The notes under the pieces are model-generated. The model did not search any database, was not told the DNA's origin, and worked only from the letters and a program-made list of their open reading frames with translations. A stretch of DNA of 64,000 nt from a bacterium (GTDB taxonomy: Bacteria > Patescibacteriota > Minisyncoccia > Phycocordibacterales > UBA2100). Every line of letters starts with the position of its first letter. Position 1 is the stretch's first letter. The stretch spans positions 138,321 through 202,320 of the forward strand of contig JAEUQT010000002.1 in the NCBI GenBank assembly GCA_016789445.1, read 5' to 3'. Below, one piece after another: positions 29,774 through 38,151 of the stretch. The position numbers and the translations under genes were made by a program.

Positions 29774-31099
29774 ATGAAGTTCTCGCGATTGCTGGTCTTT
29801 TTTGTGCTGCTTGCCCTGCCGCTTTCCGCTTCCGCGGCGCTTACTCCCGAGGAGCGCGCGGAACTCGAGAAGCAGCTCGCCGAAGTCGAGCAGCAGATCG
29901 CGGCCAATAAGACCGAGCTCGAAAAGAAGCAGGGTGAACGCCAATCTCTGGAACGCGATGTGGCGATACTCGATGGACAGATACGCGAGACGCAGCTCGC
30001 GATCAAACAGCGTGACCTTGCCGTCCGCAAGCTCACCGACGGCATCACCGACAAGGAGGCCGCCATCAAGGTGCTCGATGGGAAAGTCGCCGAAGGGCAG
30101 GAGTCGGTGGCGCAGATGATCCGCCGCACGCACGAGATCGACGGCATCTCCATCGCAGAGCTCGCGCTCGGCGGTTCCATCACCGACCTCTTCACCGAGA
30201 TCGACAACTACCAGATCGTGCAGCAGGCGCTTGATGACGCATTCAAGGAGATGGCGATCGCCCGCTCCGATCTCGCGGCACGACGCGAAGCACTGCAGAG
30301 CCAGCAGGAAGAGGAACAATCGATCCTCCAGCTGCAGAAGCTCGAACGTGAGCAGCTCCAGAGATCAGAGCGTGAGAAATCCCAACTCGTTTCGGCGGCG
30401 AAAGGCCAGGAAGCCAATTACCAGAAGATCATCGCCGAGCGTCAGCAGACGGCGACACAGATCCGGGCACGTCTCTTCCAGCTCGCCGATTCCAGCGAGG
30501 TCTCGTTCGGTGTGGCATACGATCTTGCCAAGAAGGCGAGTGAGGCTACCGGTGTCCGTCCCGCGTTCATCCTCGGCATCCTCAAGAACGAGAGCGACCT
30601 CGGCCGCAATGTCGGTCAGTGCCTCCTGACGAACGAACCGGCCAAAGGCAACGGCAAGGGTGCGAATACCGGCACCGCGTTCCCGAAAGTGATGCACCCG
30701 ACACGCGACGTCGATCCCTTCCTGGAGATCACCGCGGAACTCGGCATCGACTGGAAATCGCAGCGCGTGTCGTGTCCGCAATCGGTCGGATACGGCGGCG
30801 CTATGGGTCCATCGCAGTTCATCGCTTCGACGTGGATGATGTACAAGGATCGCATCGCGTCGGCCACCGGCCAGAATCCGCCGAACCCTTGGGACAATCG
30901 GGCCGCATTCACCGCATCCGCGATCTTCCTCTCCGACATCGGCGCGGCGCGTGGCACGCGCGAAGGGGAGCGGGAAGCGGCACTCCGCTACTTCGCCGGC
31001 GGCAACTGGAAGAACCCGGCATTCGCCTCCTACGGCACCCGCGTTCTCGGATTCGCCGATGAGTTCCAGGCCCAGATCGACGTCCTTGAGGGACGTTGA
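29774..31099 (+). CDS. secreted coiled-coil protein with C-terminal MltB-like lytic transglycosylase domain
   Basis: Signal peptide (MKFSRLLVFFVLLALPLSASA). A ~300-aa coiled coil. The C-terminal GAMGPSQFIASTW motif matches the AMGPMQF(I/M)PSTW signature of MltB-type transglycosylases. The track ORF start at 29315 is an in-frame readthrough of the rplY 3' end. Confidence 0.65.
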   Translation: MKFSRLLVFFVLLALPLSASAALTPEERAELEKQLAEVEQQIAANKTELEKKQGERQSLERDVAILDGQIRETQLAIKQRDLAVRKLTDGITDKEAAIKVLDGKVAEGQESVAQMIRRTHEIDGISIAELALGGSITDLFTEIDNYQIVQQALDDAFKEMAIARSDLAARREALQSQQEEEQSILQLQKLEREQLQRSEREKSQLVSAAKGQEANYQKIIAERQQTATQIRARLFQLADSSEVSFGVAYDLAKKASEATGVRPAFILGILKNESDLGRNVGQCLLTNEPAKGNGKGANTGTAFPKVMHPTRDVDPFLEITAELGIDWKSQRVSCPQSVGYGGAMGPSQFIASTWMMYKDRIASATGQNPPNPWDNRAAFTASAIFLSDIGAARGTREGEREAALRYFAGGNWKNPAFASYGTRVLGFADEFQAQIDVLEGR

Positions 31100-31124
31100 G
31101 CACCGCGAGACGTTTCTCAAGGTG

Positions 31125-31222
31125 GAAGGTGAGACGGGGGTGGGGCCCCGTCGCAAGGCCGGACCGGGCGTAGGCGAGGGAGGCGGGGTCGCGCAATTCG
31201 CCAGCAGGCGAATATGCGTGAC
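31125..31222 (+). repeat. conserved intergenic structured element, family 1, copy A
   Basis: GGTGAGACGGGGGTGGGGCCCCGTCGCAAGGCCGGACCGGGCGTAGGCGAGGGAGGCGGGGTCGCGCAA is followed by a bulged hairpin at 31192-31218 (loop AGCAG) and then TGAC. Near-identical blocks occur at 34496 and 48806, with compensatory stem changes. Confidence 0.7.
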
Positions 31223-31235
31223 GGTAGACCCTTCC

Positions 31236-31264
31236 TTGCGGAAACAGTGCGTTTTTTGTATAGT
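31236..31264 (+). promoter_or_regulatory. sigma70-like promoter for rpmE (TTGCGG-17-TATAGT), 8 nt from ATG
   Basis: The -35 box is at 31236-31241 and the -10 box at 31259-31264. A T-run lies just upstream. Confidence 0.45.
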
Positions 31265-31272
31265 ACGCCGAC

Positions 31273-31530
31273 ATGAAAAAGGACCTGCACCCGGATACCT
31301 ATCGCGACGTGATCTTCGAGGATGTCTCCTCGGGGGCTCGTTTTCTCATTGGTTCCACCATCCGCACGGAAAAGACCGACAAATGGGAGGATGGTAAGGA
31401 ATACCCGGTCTTCCAGGTTGAAATCTCCTCTGCATCGCATCCGTTCTACACCGGCCAGTCGAAGACCATCGACACCGCCGGCCGCGTCGAGAAGTTCAAG
31501 GCTCGCGCAGCAAAGACCTCCAAGAAGTAA
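31273..31530 (+). CDS. rpmE: 50S ribosomal protein L31
   Basis: [10 protein letters not shown]...HPFYTGQ. Typical L31. Confidence 0.85.
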   Translation: MKKDLHPDTYRDVIFEDVSSGARFLIGSTIRTEKTDKWEDGKEYPVFQVEISSASHPFYTGQSKTIDTAGRVEKFKARAAKTSKK

Positions 31531-31587
31531 CGACCCTGCCGAACAAAACCCCGCTACAAGCGGGGTTTGGCGTATACTTATCGCACC

Positions 31588-32580
31588 ATGGCCCAGGAAC
31601 CGATTTTGAACCCCGAAGACTACGCCGATGATCACCGCGTGGCGTTTTTGGTTACCGAATGGAAGCGCCTCCTGCAGGCTGAAAAGGATGCGCAGGAACT
31701 CCTCGAAGTCGATCCCTCGATGAAGGAGCTCGCTGAAAAGGAAGTCGAAGAGATCGACCAGCAGAAAGAGCAGCTGATGAAGCAGATGGTGCAGATCGTG
31801 GGGGACCCGAACGAGCGCGAATGGCCGAATGAGATCGTACTCGAAGTACGCGCCGGTGTCGGCGGTGAAGAAGCATCGCTCTTCGCTGAGGAGCTGGCCT
31901 CCATGTATCTCAAGTATGCGCAGATCAAGGGCTGGAAGACGAAGACCATAGAAGAGAGCCGTGCTGAACTCGGGGGCATCAAGGAGATCCAGGTCGAAGT
32001 GAAGGGTGAAAACGTCTATCGCGAATTGCAGTACGAGACCGGCGTGCATCGCGTGCAGCGCGTGCCGGCGACCGAGAAGCAGGGCCGCATCCACACCTCC
32101 ACCGCATCAGTTGCCATCATGCCGATCTACAAGCGCATCAAGATCCAGATCAATCCCGCGGACATCGAGCGCGAGACATCACGCTCCGGCGGCGCGGGCG
32201 GACAGAACGTCAACAAGGTTGAGACCGCCGTGCGGCTCATCCACAAGCCGACGGGTATCGACGTCCGATGCACCTCGGAACGCTCACAGGCAGCCAATCA
32301 GGAGCGCGCGATGAAGCTCCTTGAATCGAAGCTCCAGCAGCTTCAGGACGAAACGGACGACCGCAAGCGTGCCGCAGACCGCAAATCCCAGGTGGGTACC
32401 GGCGATCGTTCGGAGAAGATCCGTACCTACAACTTCCCGCAGGACCGCATCACCGACCATCGCCTCAAGGAGTCGTGGTCCAATGTCGAAGCCATCATGG
32501 GTGGCCGTTTGGGTCCTATCATGGAAGCCCTTGAAAAGGGGGGTGGCGGGGAAGCTTCAGACGTTGCGGAAGACGAATAA
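31588..32580 (+). CDS. prfA: peptide chain release factor 1
   Basis: GGQ motif ([20 protein letters not shown]). PAT tripeptide ([17 protein letters not shown]), which indicates RF1 rather than RF2. The track start at 31567 is TTG, so ATG 31588 is preferred. TATACT lies 9 nt upstream. Confidence 0.85.
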   Translation: MAQEPILNPEDYADDHRVAFLVTEWKRLLQAEKDAQELLEVDPSMKELAEKEVEEIDQQKEQLMKQMVQIVGDPNEREWPNEIVLEVRAGVGGEEASLFAEELASMYLKYAQIKGWKTKTIEESRAELGGIKEIQVEVKGENVYRELQYETGVHRVQRVPATEKQGRIHTSTASVAIMPIYKRIKIQINPADIERETSRSGGAGGQNVNKVETAVRLIHKPTGIDVRCTSERSQAANQERAMKLLESKLQQLQDETDDRKRAADRKSQVGTGDRSEKIRTYNFPQDRITDHRLKESWSNVEAIMGGRLGPIMEALEKGGGGEASDVAEDE

Positions 32581-32603
32581 TCCTGCTAGAATCCGCGCCA
32601 CAT

Positions 32604-33308
32604 ATGGTTACTACCTCAGCCGCAGATATGAAGACGCTCTACGACGCAGGGGCGCACGTGGGCTATGCCCGCACCCGCCGCCACCCGACGTCGGCACCGT
32701 ACCTCTACTCGACCAAGGACCGCACCGACATCTTCAATCTCGAGGAGACTGAAAAGCGCCTCTCGACTGCGGCTGAATTCGCTGCATCCCTCGCTCAGGC
32801 AGGCAAGACCCTCCTTTTCGTCGGTGGCAAGCACGAAGCAGCAAGCTCGGTCCGTTCCGGCGCTGAAGCAGCCGGCCTTCCATTCGTCGCTGGTCGCTGG
32901 ATCGGCGGTACCCTCACCAACTTCCGCAACATCCGCAAGCGCATCGACCGCATGGAGAAGCTCATGAAGGATCGCGAATCCGGCGAGCTCGAGAAGTACA
33001 CCAAGAAGGAGCGCCTCATGATCGATCGCGAGATCGAGGAATTGCAGGGCCGCTTCGGTGGCATCACCAATCTCCGCGACCTCCCGGCAGCACTCTTCGT
33101 CGTCGACTCCCGTCACGAGAAGACCGCAGTTCAGGAAGCAAACCAGATGCGCATCCCGGTCATCTCGCTCGCATCCTCCGACTGCGACTTCTCCAAGGTC
33201 CAGTTCCCGATCCCTGCAAACGATACGTCGGTGAAGTCGATCGCACTCATCGTCGATGCGATCGCAGGTGCATATTCCGCAGGGAAGCGCGCTCCCGCGG
33301 CGAAGTAA
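32604..33308 (+). CDS. rpsB: 30S ribosomal protein S2
   Basis: LYDAGAHVGYARTRRHP... Full-length S2 similarity. Confidence 0.85.
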   Translation: MVTTSAADMKTLYDAGAHVGYARTRRHPTSAPYLYSTKDRTDIFNLEETEKRLSTAAEFAASLAQAGKTLLFVGGKHEAASSVRSGAEAAGLPFVAGRWIGGTLTNFRNIRKRIDRMEKLMKDRESGELEKYTKKERLMIDREIEELQGRFGGITNLRDLPAALFVVDSRHEKTAVQEANQMRIPVISLASSDCDFSKVQFPIPANDTSVKSIALIVDAIAGAYSAGKRAPAAK

Positions 33309-33367
33309 CTTCATCCTGCGGGGTGTGGTAAGCTATACATTAAATCGTTTTCCTAAGTCTTTTTGAT

Positions 33368-33949
33368 ATGGCAACTACTGAAGAGATCAAGCAGCTTCGC
33401 GATGCGACCGGTGTCTCGGTCATGCAGTGCAAGAAGGCCCTCGAAGAAGCAGGAGGGGATCTTGAGAAGGCAATCGTCATCCTCCGCAAGATCGCCGCTG
33501 CCGGCGCAGGCAAGAAGGCCGACCGCGAACTCGCTGCAGGTGTCGCCGCAGCGTATACCCACGCCGGCGGTCAGGTCGTCGGCGCTATCGTGCTCGCCTG
33601 CGAGACCGACTTCGTCTCCCGCAATCCGGAATTCCAACAGATCGCGTACGACATCGCGATGCACGTCGCCGCAATGCGTCCTGAATTCATCACGAAGGAG
33701 CAGGTAAAGGAGGAGGATATCGCCAAGGCGCGCGAAGTTTTCACGCAGGAAGCAGCAAGCGTCAAAGAAGAGATGCGTGCGAAGGTGATCGACGGAAAGC
33801 TCGAATCATTCATCAAGGAGAAGGTCCTTCTCGACCAGCCGTTCGTAAAGAACGGGGACATCACCATCCGTCAGCTCATCGAGAGCGGTGTCCAGAAGTT
33901 CGGCGAGAAGATCGAGGTCGTCCGCATGGAACGCCTCGCCGTGAAGTAG
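33368..33949 (+). CDS. tsf: elongation factor Ts (short form)
   Basis: MATTEEIKQLRDATGVSVMQCKKALEEAGGDLEKAI is the UBA-like N-terminus of EF-Ts. Canonical rpsB-tsf gene order. Confidence 0.85.
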   Translation: MATTEEIKQLRDATGVSVMQCKKALEEAGGDLEKAIVILRKIAAAGAGKKADRELAAGVAAAYTHAGGQVVGAIVLACETDFVSRNPEFQQIAYDIAMHVAAMRPEFITKEQVKEEDIAKAREVFTQEAASVKEEMRAKVIDGKLESFIKEKVLLDQPFVKNGDITIRQLIESGVQKFGEKIEVVRMERLAVK

Positions 33950-33953
33950 TTCC

Positions 33954-34352
33954 ATGATGATCGCCGCGCTCAGTGTCCTCGGGTTCTCGATCGTCGGCAT
34001 TCTCCTCTTGTTCGCCATTAAGAAATACGAACTCTCGCGCGGCGTCCTCATCGGCGGCTCGTTCCGTGACGATGCGGATCTCTTCGCGATGCGCGTGAAG
34101 TGGATCTTCCTCGTCATCGAATGGTACCTCTCGCGCTTGCCGGATTTCCTGTTTCTTCTCACGCGCTACGGTATCCGTATCGGTGCACTCTACACGGCAC
34201 GCCTCGCGCGTCGCGCCGAAGCGCAGGCGCACAACGTCGCGGATTTCGTCTCGCATAAGCGTAATTTCGAACGTCGTGAGACGAAGTCCCAGTACCTGAA
34301 GCAGGTCAGCGACAAGAGTGATAACGGGCACGGACCGGTAGCGACAGTCTAG
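33954..34352 (+). CDS. hypothetical membrane protein
   Basis: N-terminal TM helix. No recognisable motif. Confidence 0.4.
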   Translation: MMIAALSVLGFSIVGILLLFAIKKYELSRGVLIGGSFRDDADLFAMRVKWIFLVIEWYLSRLPDFLFLLTRYGIRIGALYTARLARRAEAQAHNVADFVSHKRNFERRETKSQYLKQVSDKSDNGHGPVATV

Positions 34353-34390
34353 CCGGTCGGGTATAGTTCTTTCACCGCGGTGTGTACTAA

Positions 34391-34462
34391 GCCGCCTTAG
34401 CTCAGCGGTAGAGCAACTCTTTTGTAAAGAGAAGGTCCCCGGTTCAAATCCGGGAGGCGGCT
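34391..34462 (+). tRNA. tRNA-Thr (anticodon TGT)
   Basis: Cloverleaf folded by hand. Acceptor GCCGCCT/AGGCGGC. D-stem GCTC/GAGC. Anticodon loop TT-TGT-AA. T-arm CCCGG-TTCAAAT-CCGGG. CCA is not encoded. Confidence 0.8.
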
Positions 34463-34495
34463 CACGAACGAAGTGAGGGAGACGACTCCGGGAGG

Positions 34496-34590
34496 GGTGA
34501 GACGGGGTTGGGGCCCCGTCGCAAGGTCGGACCGAGCGTAGGCGAGGGAGGCGGGGTCGCGCAACATCGCAGCAGCGATGTATGCGTGAC
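34496..34590 (+). repeat. conserved intergenic structured element, family 1, copy B
   Basis: Same ~65-nt core as copy A with 3 substitutions. The hairpin at 34560-34586 has a conserved AGCAG loop and a compensated stem (CATCGC/GCGATG versus TTCGCC/GGCGAA in copy A). A further perfect 10-bp hairpin follows at 34591-34613. Confidence 0.7.
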
Positions 34591-34805
34591 CGGGAAAACA
34601 TGCTGTTTTCCCGTGTCTGAGAGCAGGGTGCCGAGCGAAGCGCAGGCATCCGTTGAGAACCGAGGGTTCTCAAGGTATCCGGGTGGCGGCTCCCGTAACT
34701 TTGTTTCTAGAATCTGCGTCGGTCTCGTTTTTCATATATAAGACTACATCACACATCAATCAGGCCAAAAAACCGTTTGAATGCTATCCTAATCCCTAAG
34801 CCACC

Positions 34806-36422
34806 ATGCTTCCCAAGGAATACTGGTATCTCCACATAGCCCGGGCAACCGATCTCACGGGCACTGATCGGCGCATCTACCGCGCCTTCGAGATCCTTCC
34901 CGCGGTCCTCTCGATCGGTACCTTGGCTGCGTTCGTCGCGCTCTCATTCCTGAAGCCGGTCTGGGCGGCGTATCTCACCATCGTCTTCGCCGCGTACTGG
35001 CTCTTCAAGACGGCCTATCTTTCGATGCACTTGCGCTACAACTTCAAGCGCATCCGCTACAACCTCAGCGTCAACTGGCGTGAGAAGCTCCACGATCTTC
35101 CGCATGTTCCGGCGCGCGCCGAGCCGCATCTGGTACACATGATCCTTCTGCCGTTCTACGACGAACCATACGAAGTCCTGAAGGAATCGATCGACGCGAT
35201 CGCGCATGCGGATTGGGATCCGCAGGGGATCATCATCGTACTTGCCGCAGAAGCCCGCGCAGGGAGCGAACATCATGCGGTCGCTGAGCGCCTGAAAGAG
35301 GAATACCGTGAACGTTTCCTGGATTTCCTCGTTACCATCCATCCGGCCGATCTTCCGGGGGATATCCCGGGCAAGGGATCGAATCTTTCCTATGCTGCCG
35401 AAGAGGCGCGCGTGAAAGTGCTCGATGAGCGCAAGATCCCGTACGAGCATGTGGTCGTCTCCGCATTCGATTCAGACACGGTCGTGTATCCGCAGTATTT
35501 CGCCTGCCTCACGTGGCATGTGCTTTCAGCGGAAGATCCCGAACGCACGTCATTCCAGCCGGTGCCGCTCTACCACAACAACATCTGGGACGCGCCGCTT
35601 ATCTCGCGCGTGATCGCGTATTCCTCTTCGTTCTGGCAGATGATCCAGCAGGAACGTCCGGAGAAACTTGCGACGTTCAGTTCGCACGCGGTCGTTTTCA
35701 AATCACTCTACGAGGCCGGGTACTGGCAGCGCAATGTCGTCTCCGAGGACTCGCGCATCTTCTGGAACATGTTCGCGCGCTACGACGGCGATTATCGCGT
35801 CGTCCCGATGGCGTATCCGGTTTCCATGGATGCGAACGTCGCGCCGTCGTTCTGGGGGACCATGCGCAACATCTACAAGCAGCATCGTCGTTGGACGTAT
35901 GGCGTCGAGAACGTGCCCTACATCCTCTGGATAAGTCTCAAGAACAAGAGGATACCGGCAGGTAAGAAATGGCGCGCGATCGGCGTGCAGGTCGAGGGGT
36001 TCTGGTCGCTCGCGACGCATCCCTTGATCCTCTTCAGCGTCGGTTGGTTGCCGCTTCTGGTCGGCGGTGCGGCTTTCAACGCGACCGTCCTTTCGTATAA
36101 CCTTCCGCTCGTCGCGCGTTCGTTCCTCACGCTCGCGATGTTCGGTCTCATGGTCTCCGCGGCGATCTGTATGTATCTCTTGCCGGAGCGCCCTGCGCAC
36201 GTGCCCCGTCATCGCAATTTCTTCATGGTGCTGCAGTGGATCCTCGTGCCGATGACGATGGTGGTCTTCAGCTCGATCCCCGGCCTCGAATCGCAGATCC
36301 GTCTCGCGATCGGCCGCTACCTCGGTTTCTGGGTGACGCCGAAGGCGCGCGCGGGAGCAGTCGAAGCGGAGCCGCTCGCGGAAGTCACCACCTCCTCCGT
36401 CGAAGAGGGAAAGAAGGATTAG
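34806..36422 (+). CDS. family-2 processive beta-glycosyltransferase (cellulose/chitin/hyaluronan synthase-like), integral membrane
   Basis: D, D, D and QxxRW signature. DSD at ..SAFDSDTVVYP.. and QHRRW at ..YKQHRRWTYG... Multiple TM helices at both ends. Confidence 0.7.
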   Translation: MLPKEYWYLHIARATDLTGTDRRIYRAFEILPAVLSIGTLAAFVALSFLKPVWAAYLTIVFAAYWLFKTAYLSMHLRYNFKRIRYNLSVNWREKLHDLPHVPARAEPHLVHMILLPFYDEPYEVLKESIDAIAHADWDPQGIIIVLAAEARAGSEHHAVAERLKEEYRERFLDFLVTIHPADLPGDIPGKGSNLSYAAEEARVKVLDERKIPYEHVVVSAFDSDTVVYPQYFACLTWHVLSAEDPERTSFQPVPLYHNNIWDAPLISRVIAYSSSFWQMIQQERPEKLATFSSHAVVFKSLYEAGYWQRNVVSEDSRIFWNMFARYDGDYRVVPMAYPVSMDANVAPSFWGTMRNIYKQHRRWTYGVENVPYILWISLKNKRIPAGKKWRAIGVQVEGFWSLATHPLILFSVGWLPLLVGGAAFNATVLSYNLPLVARSFLTLAMFGLMVSAAICMYLLPERPAHVPRHRNFFMVLQWILVPMTMVVFSSIPGLESQIRLAIGRYLGFWVTPKARAGAVEAEPLAEVTTSSVEEGKKD

Positions 36423-36431
36423 AATATCTGT

Positions 36432-37265
36432 ATGGAACCGTTTCCGGCCTATCGCAGGCGCATCTATTTCGCACTCTTCGTGGTCCTTTTCCTCGTCCTT
36501 CTGCCGGCGATCATCCTCTATGCTGACGGTTGGCGATTCAAACAGGGATTCGGCTTCGTGCGCACCGGTGGTGTCTATGTCTCCGTGCCGTATTCCGACG
36601 CGACCGTGACGCTCAATGGCGAAGTGGTGGGGCATAGCGGATTCCTCCAGCGCGAGTTCTACATCGGCGATCTCGCTCCTGCAGCATATTCGCTGCGCAT
36701 CGAAGCGCCTGATCGCCGCACCTGGAGCCGTCTTCTCGTCGTCGAGCCGCAGCTCGTGACCGATGCGCGCGCGGTCCTTCTACCGGATGACATTACGCTT
36801 TCGCGCCTCATCATCTCGGGTTCGGCGACCAGCACGAAGACTGTTTCTCGTACGACGTATGACGGCTATCTCGCGGCTTTCGCCACCACCACCCGTGCGA
36901 TCGCATCTTCCACGGTTCCCGTCGATGAGCAGGACGGCATTTCGCTCTTTATCATTGATGGTGATGTCGTCGCGCGCTGGATGCGCAACGAGCGCAAGCC
37001 GTCGGCATTCTGCGGAAGCCCGTCGCTCTGCGAAGAGGAGATGTCGGTGAAGCGCATCGGTGGAGACGCGACGGATGCGTACTTCTATCGCGGCGGCGTA
37101 GTGTATCGCACCGAAGAGGGCGGCATCTATTTCGCAGAGATCGATATCCGTCCGACACCGATGGCAGCGCAGCTCTATGCGGCAACAGGGGCTGATATGC
37201 GCCTCCTCGACGATACGCTCGTCATCAAGTCGGGAGACATGCTTTACGAAGTGGAGGGTTTGTAG
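36432..37265 (+). CDS. hypothetical membrane-anchored protein (possible PEGA-like beta-sandwich), likely partner of upstream GT2
   Basis: N-terminal TM helix. Translationally coupled, 9 nt after the GT2 stop. The PEGA assignment is weak. Confidence 0.4.
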   Translation: MEPFPAYRRRIYFALFVVLFLVLLPAIILYADGWRFKQGFGFVRTGGVYVSVPYSDATVTLNGEVVGHSGFLQREFYIGDLAPAAYSLRIEAPDRRTWSRLLVVEPQLVTDARAVLLPDDITLSRLIISGSATSTKTVSRTTYDGYLAAFATTTRAIASSTVPVDEQDGISLFIIDGDVVARWMRNERKPSAFCGSPSLCEEEMSVKRIGGDATDAYFYRGGVVYRTEEGGIYFAEIDIRPTPMAAQLYAATGADMRLLDDTLVIKSGDMLYEVEGL

Positions 37266-37269
37266 CCGA

Positions 37270-37378
37270 GGTGGATGCGGAAAATGCTTCTCTCGGGTAA
37301 ACCCGTCTTCCCAGCTGGGAAAACGGGCTGATCCTCGCCAGCTGCGGGGCCCCTCGCGAAGCATTTTCCGCATCCACC
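37270..37378 (+). repeat. conserved intergenic structured element, family 2, copy D
   Basis: A perfect 21-bp stem (GGTGGATGCGGAAAATGCTTC / GAAGCATTTTCCGCATCCACC) clamps a 67-nt core. The core is ~90% identical to the core at 55532-55600. Confidence 0.75.
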
Positions 37379-37418
37379 CGGTGTTGGTGGGGAGGTTAGG
37401 AAAGGCTATACTCCCACC

Positions 37419-38150
37419 ATGCAGCGGGGCCACATCCACCCAATTTCGAGCCTCATTCGCGAGGCCAACGCCATCTTCAGTAAGATGGGCTTTGCGTTCG
37501 CCGAAGGACCTCTCGTTGAGGACGAGTGGCACAATTTCGATGCCTTGAACGTCCCGAAGGATCATCCGGCCCGCGACATGCAGGACACCTTCTTCCTCAA
37601 AGATGAGAAGGAGACCGTGCTCCGTACGCACACCTCGCCGGTCCAGATCCGCTATATGAAATCGCAGATGGAGAAAGGGATCCTTCCTCCGTATCGCGTC
37701 ATCGCGCCGGGCAAAGTCTTCCGCAACGAAGCCACCGACATGACGCATGAGGCGGAATTCTTCCAGATCGAAGGGTTTGCCGTCGGTGAAGACATCACAC
37801 TCGCCAACCTCAAAGGCACGCTCGAAAGATTCTTCAAGGAACTCTTCAAGGGCGCTTCGGTTGAGATCCGTTTCCGTCCGAGCTTCTTCCCGTTCACCGA
37901 ACCATCGGTGGAAGTCGATATGCGACTCGTAGGTGAAGGCGTGCCGGAGAAACTCAAAGACCGATGGATCGAGATGATGGGTGCAGGCATGATCCATCCG
38001 AATGTCCTGAAAAACGCGGGCATCGATCCGGCAAAGTATCGTGGTTTCGCATTCGGTATGGGATTAGACCGTCTCGCCTTGCTGCGTTGGGGCATCGACG
38101 ACGTGCGCCACATGCACTCGGCAGACCTCCGGTTTATCAACCAGTTCTAG
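37419..38150 (+). CDS. pheS: phenylalanine--tRNA ligase alpha subunit (short, core-only form)
   Basis: Class II motifs (FRPSFFPFTEPS, GAGMIHPNVL). 243 aa with no N-terminal extension. Confidence 0.85.
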   Translation: MQRGHIHPISSLIREANAIFSKMGFAFAEGPLVEDEWHNFDALNVPKDHPARDMQDTFFLKDEKETVLRTHTSPVQIRYMKSQMEKGILPPYRVIAPGKVFRNEATDMTHEAEFFQIEGFAVGEDITLANLKGTLERFFKELFKGASVEIRFRPSFFPFTEPSVEVDMRLVGEGVPEKLKDRWIEMMGAGMIHPNVLKNAGIDPAKYRGFAFGMGLDRLALLRWGIDDVRHMHSADLRFINQF

Positions 38151-38151
38151 T

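Noticed and set aside
31117-32094. Minus-strand ORFs (31117-32094, 33876-34673) sharing the peptide ARPRLPRL..VRPCDGAP..PSH
   Set aside because: The shared peptide is just the reverse-strand translation of the family 1 repeat. They overlap prfA and tsf and are not real genes.
37270-37378. Family 2 element as a retron msr/msd (long a1/a2 inverted repeats), integron attC site, or hammerhead ribozyme
   Set aside because: There is no reverse transcriptase or integrase nearby. attC sites have conserved ends and variable cores, which is the opposite pattern. The hammerhead core CUGAUGA...GAAA is absent (CUGAUC and CUCAUC instead). It is left as unassigned.
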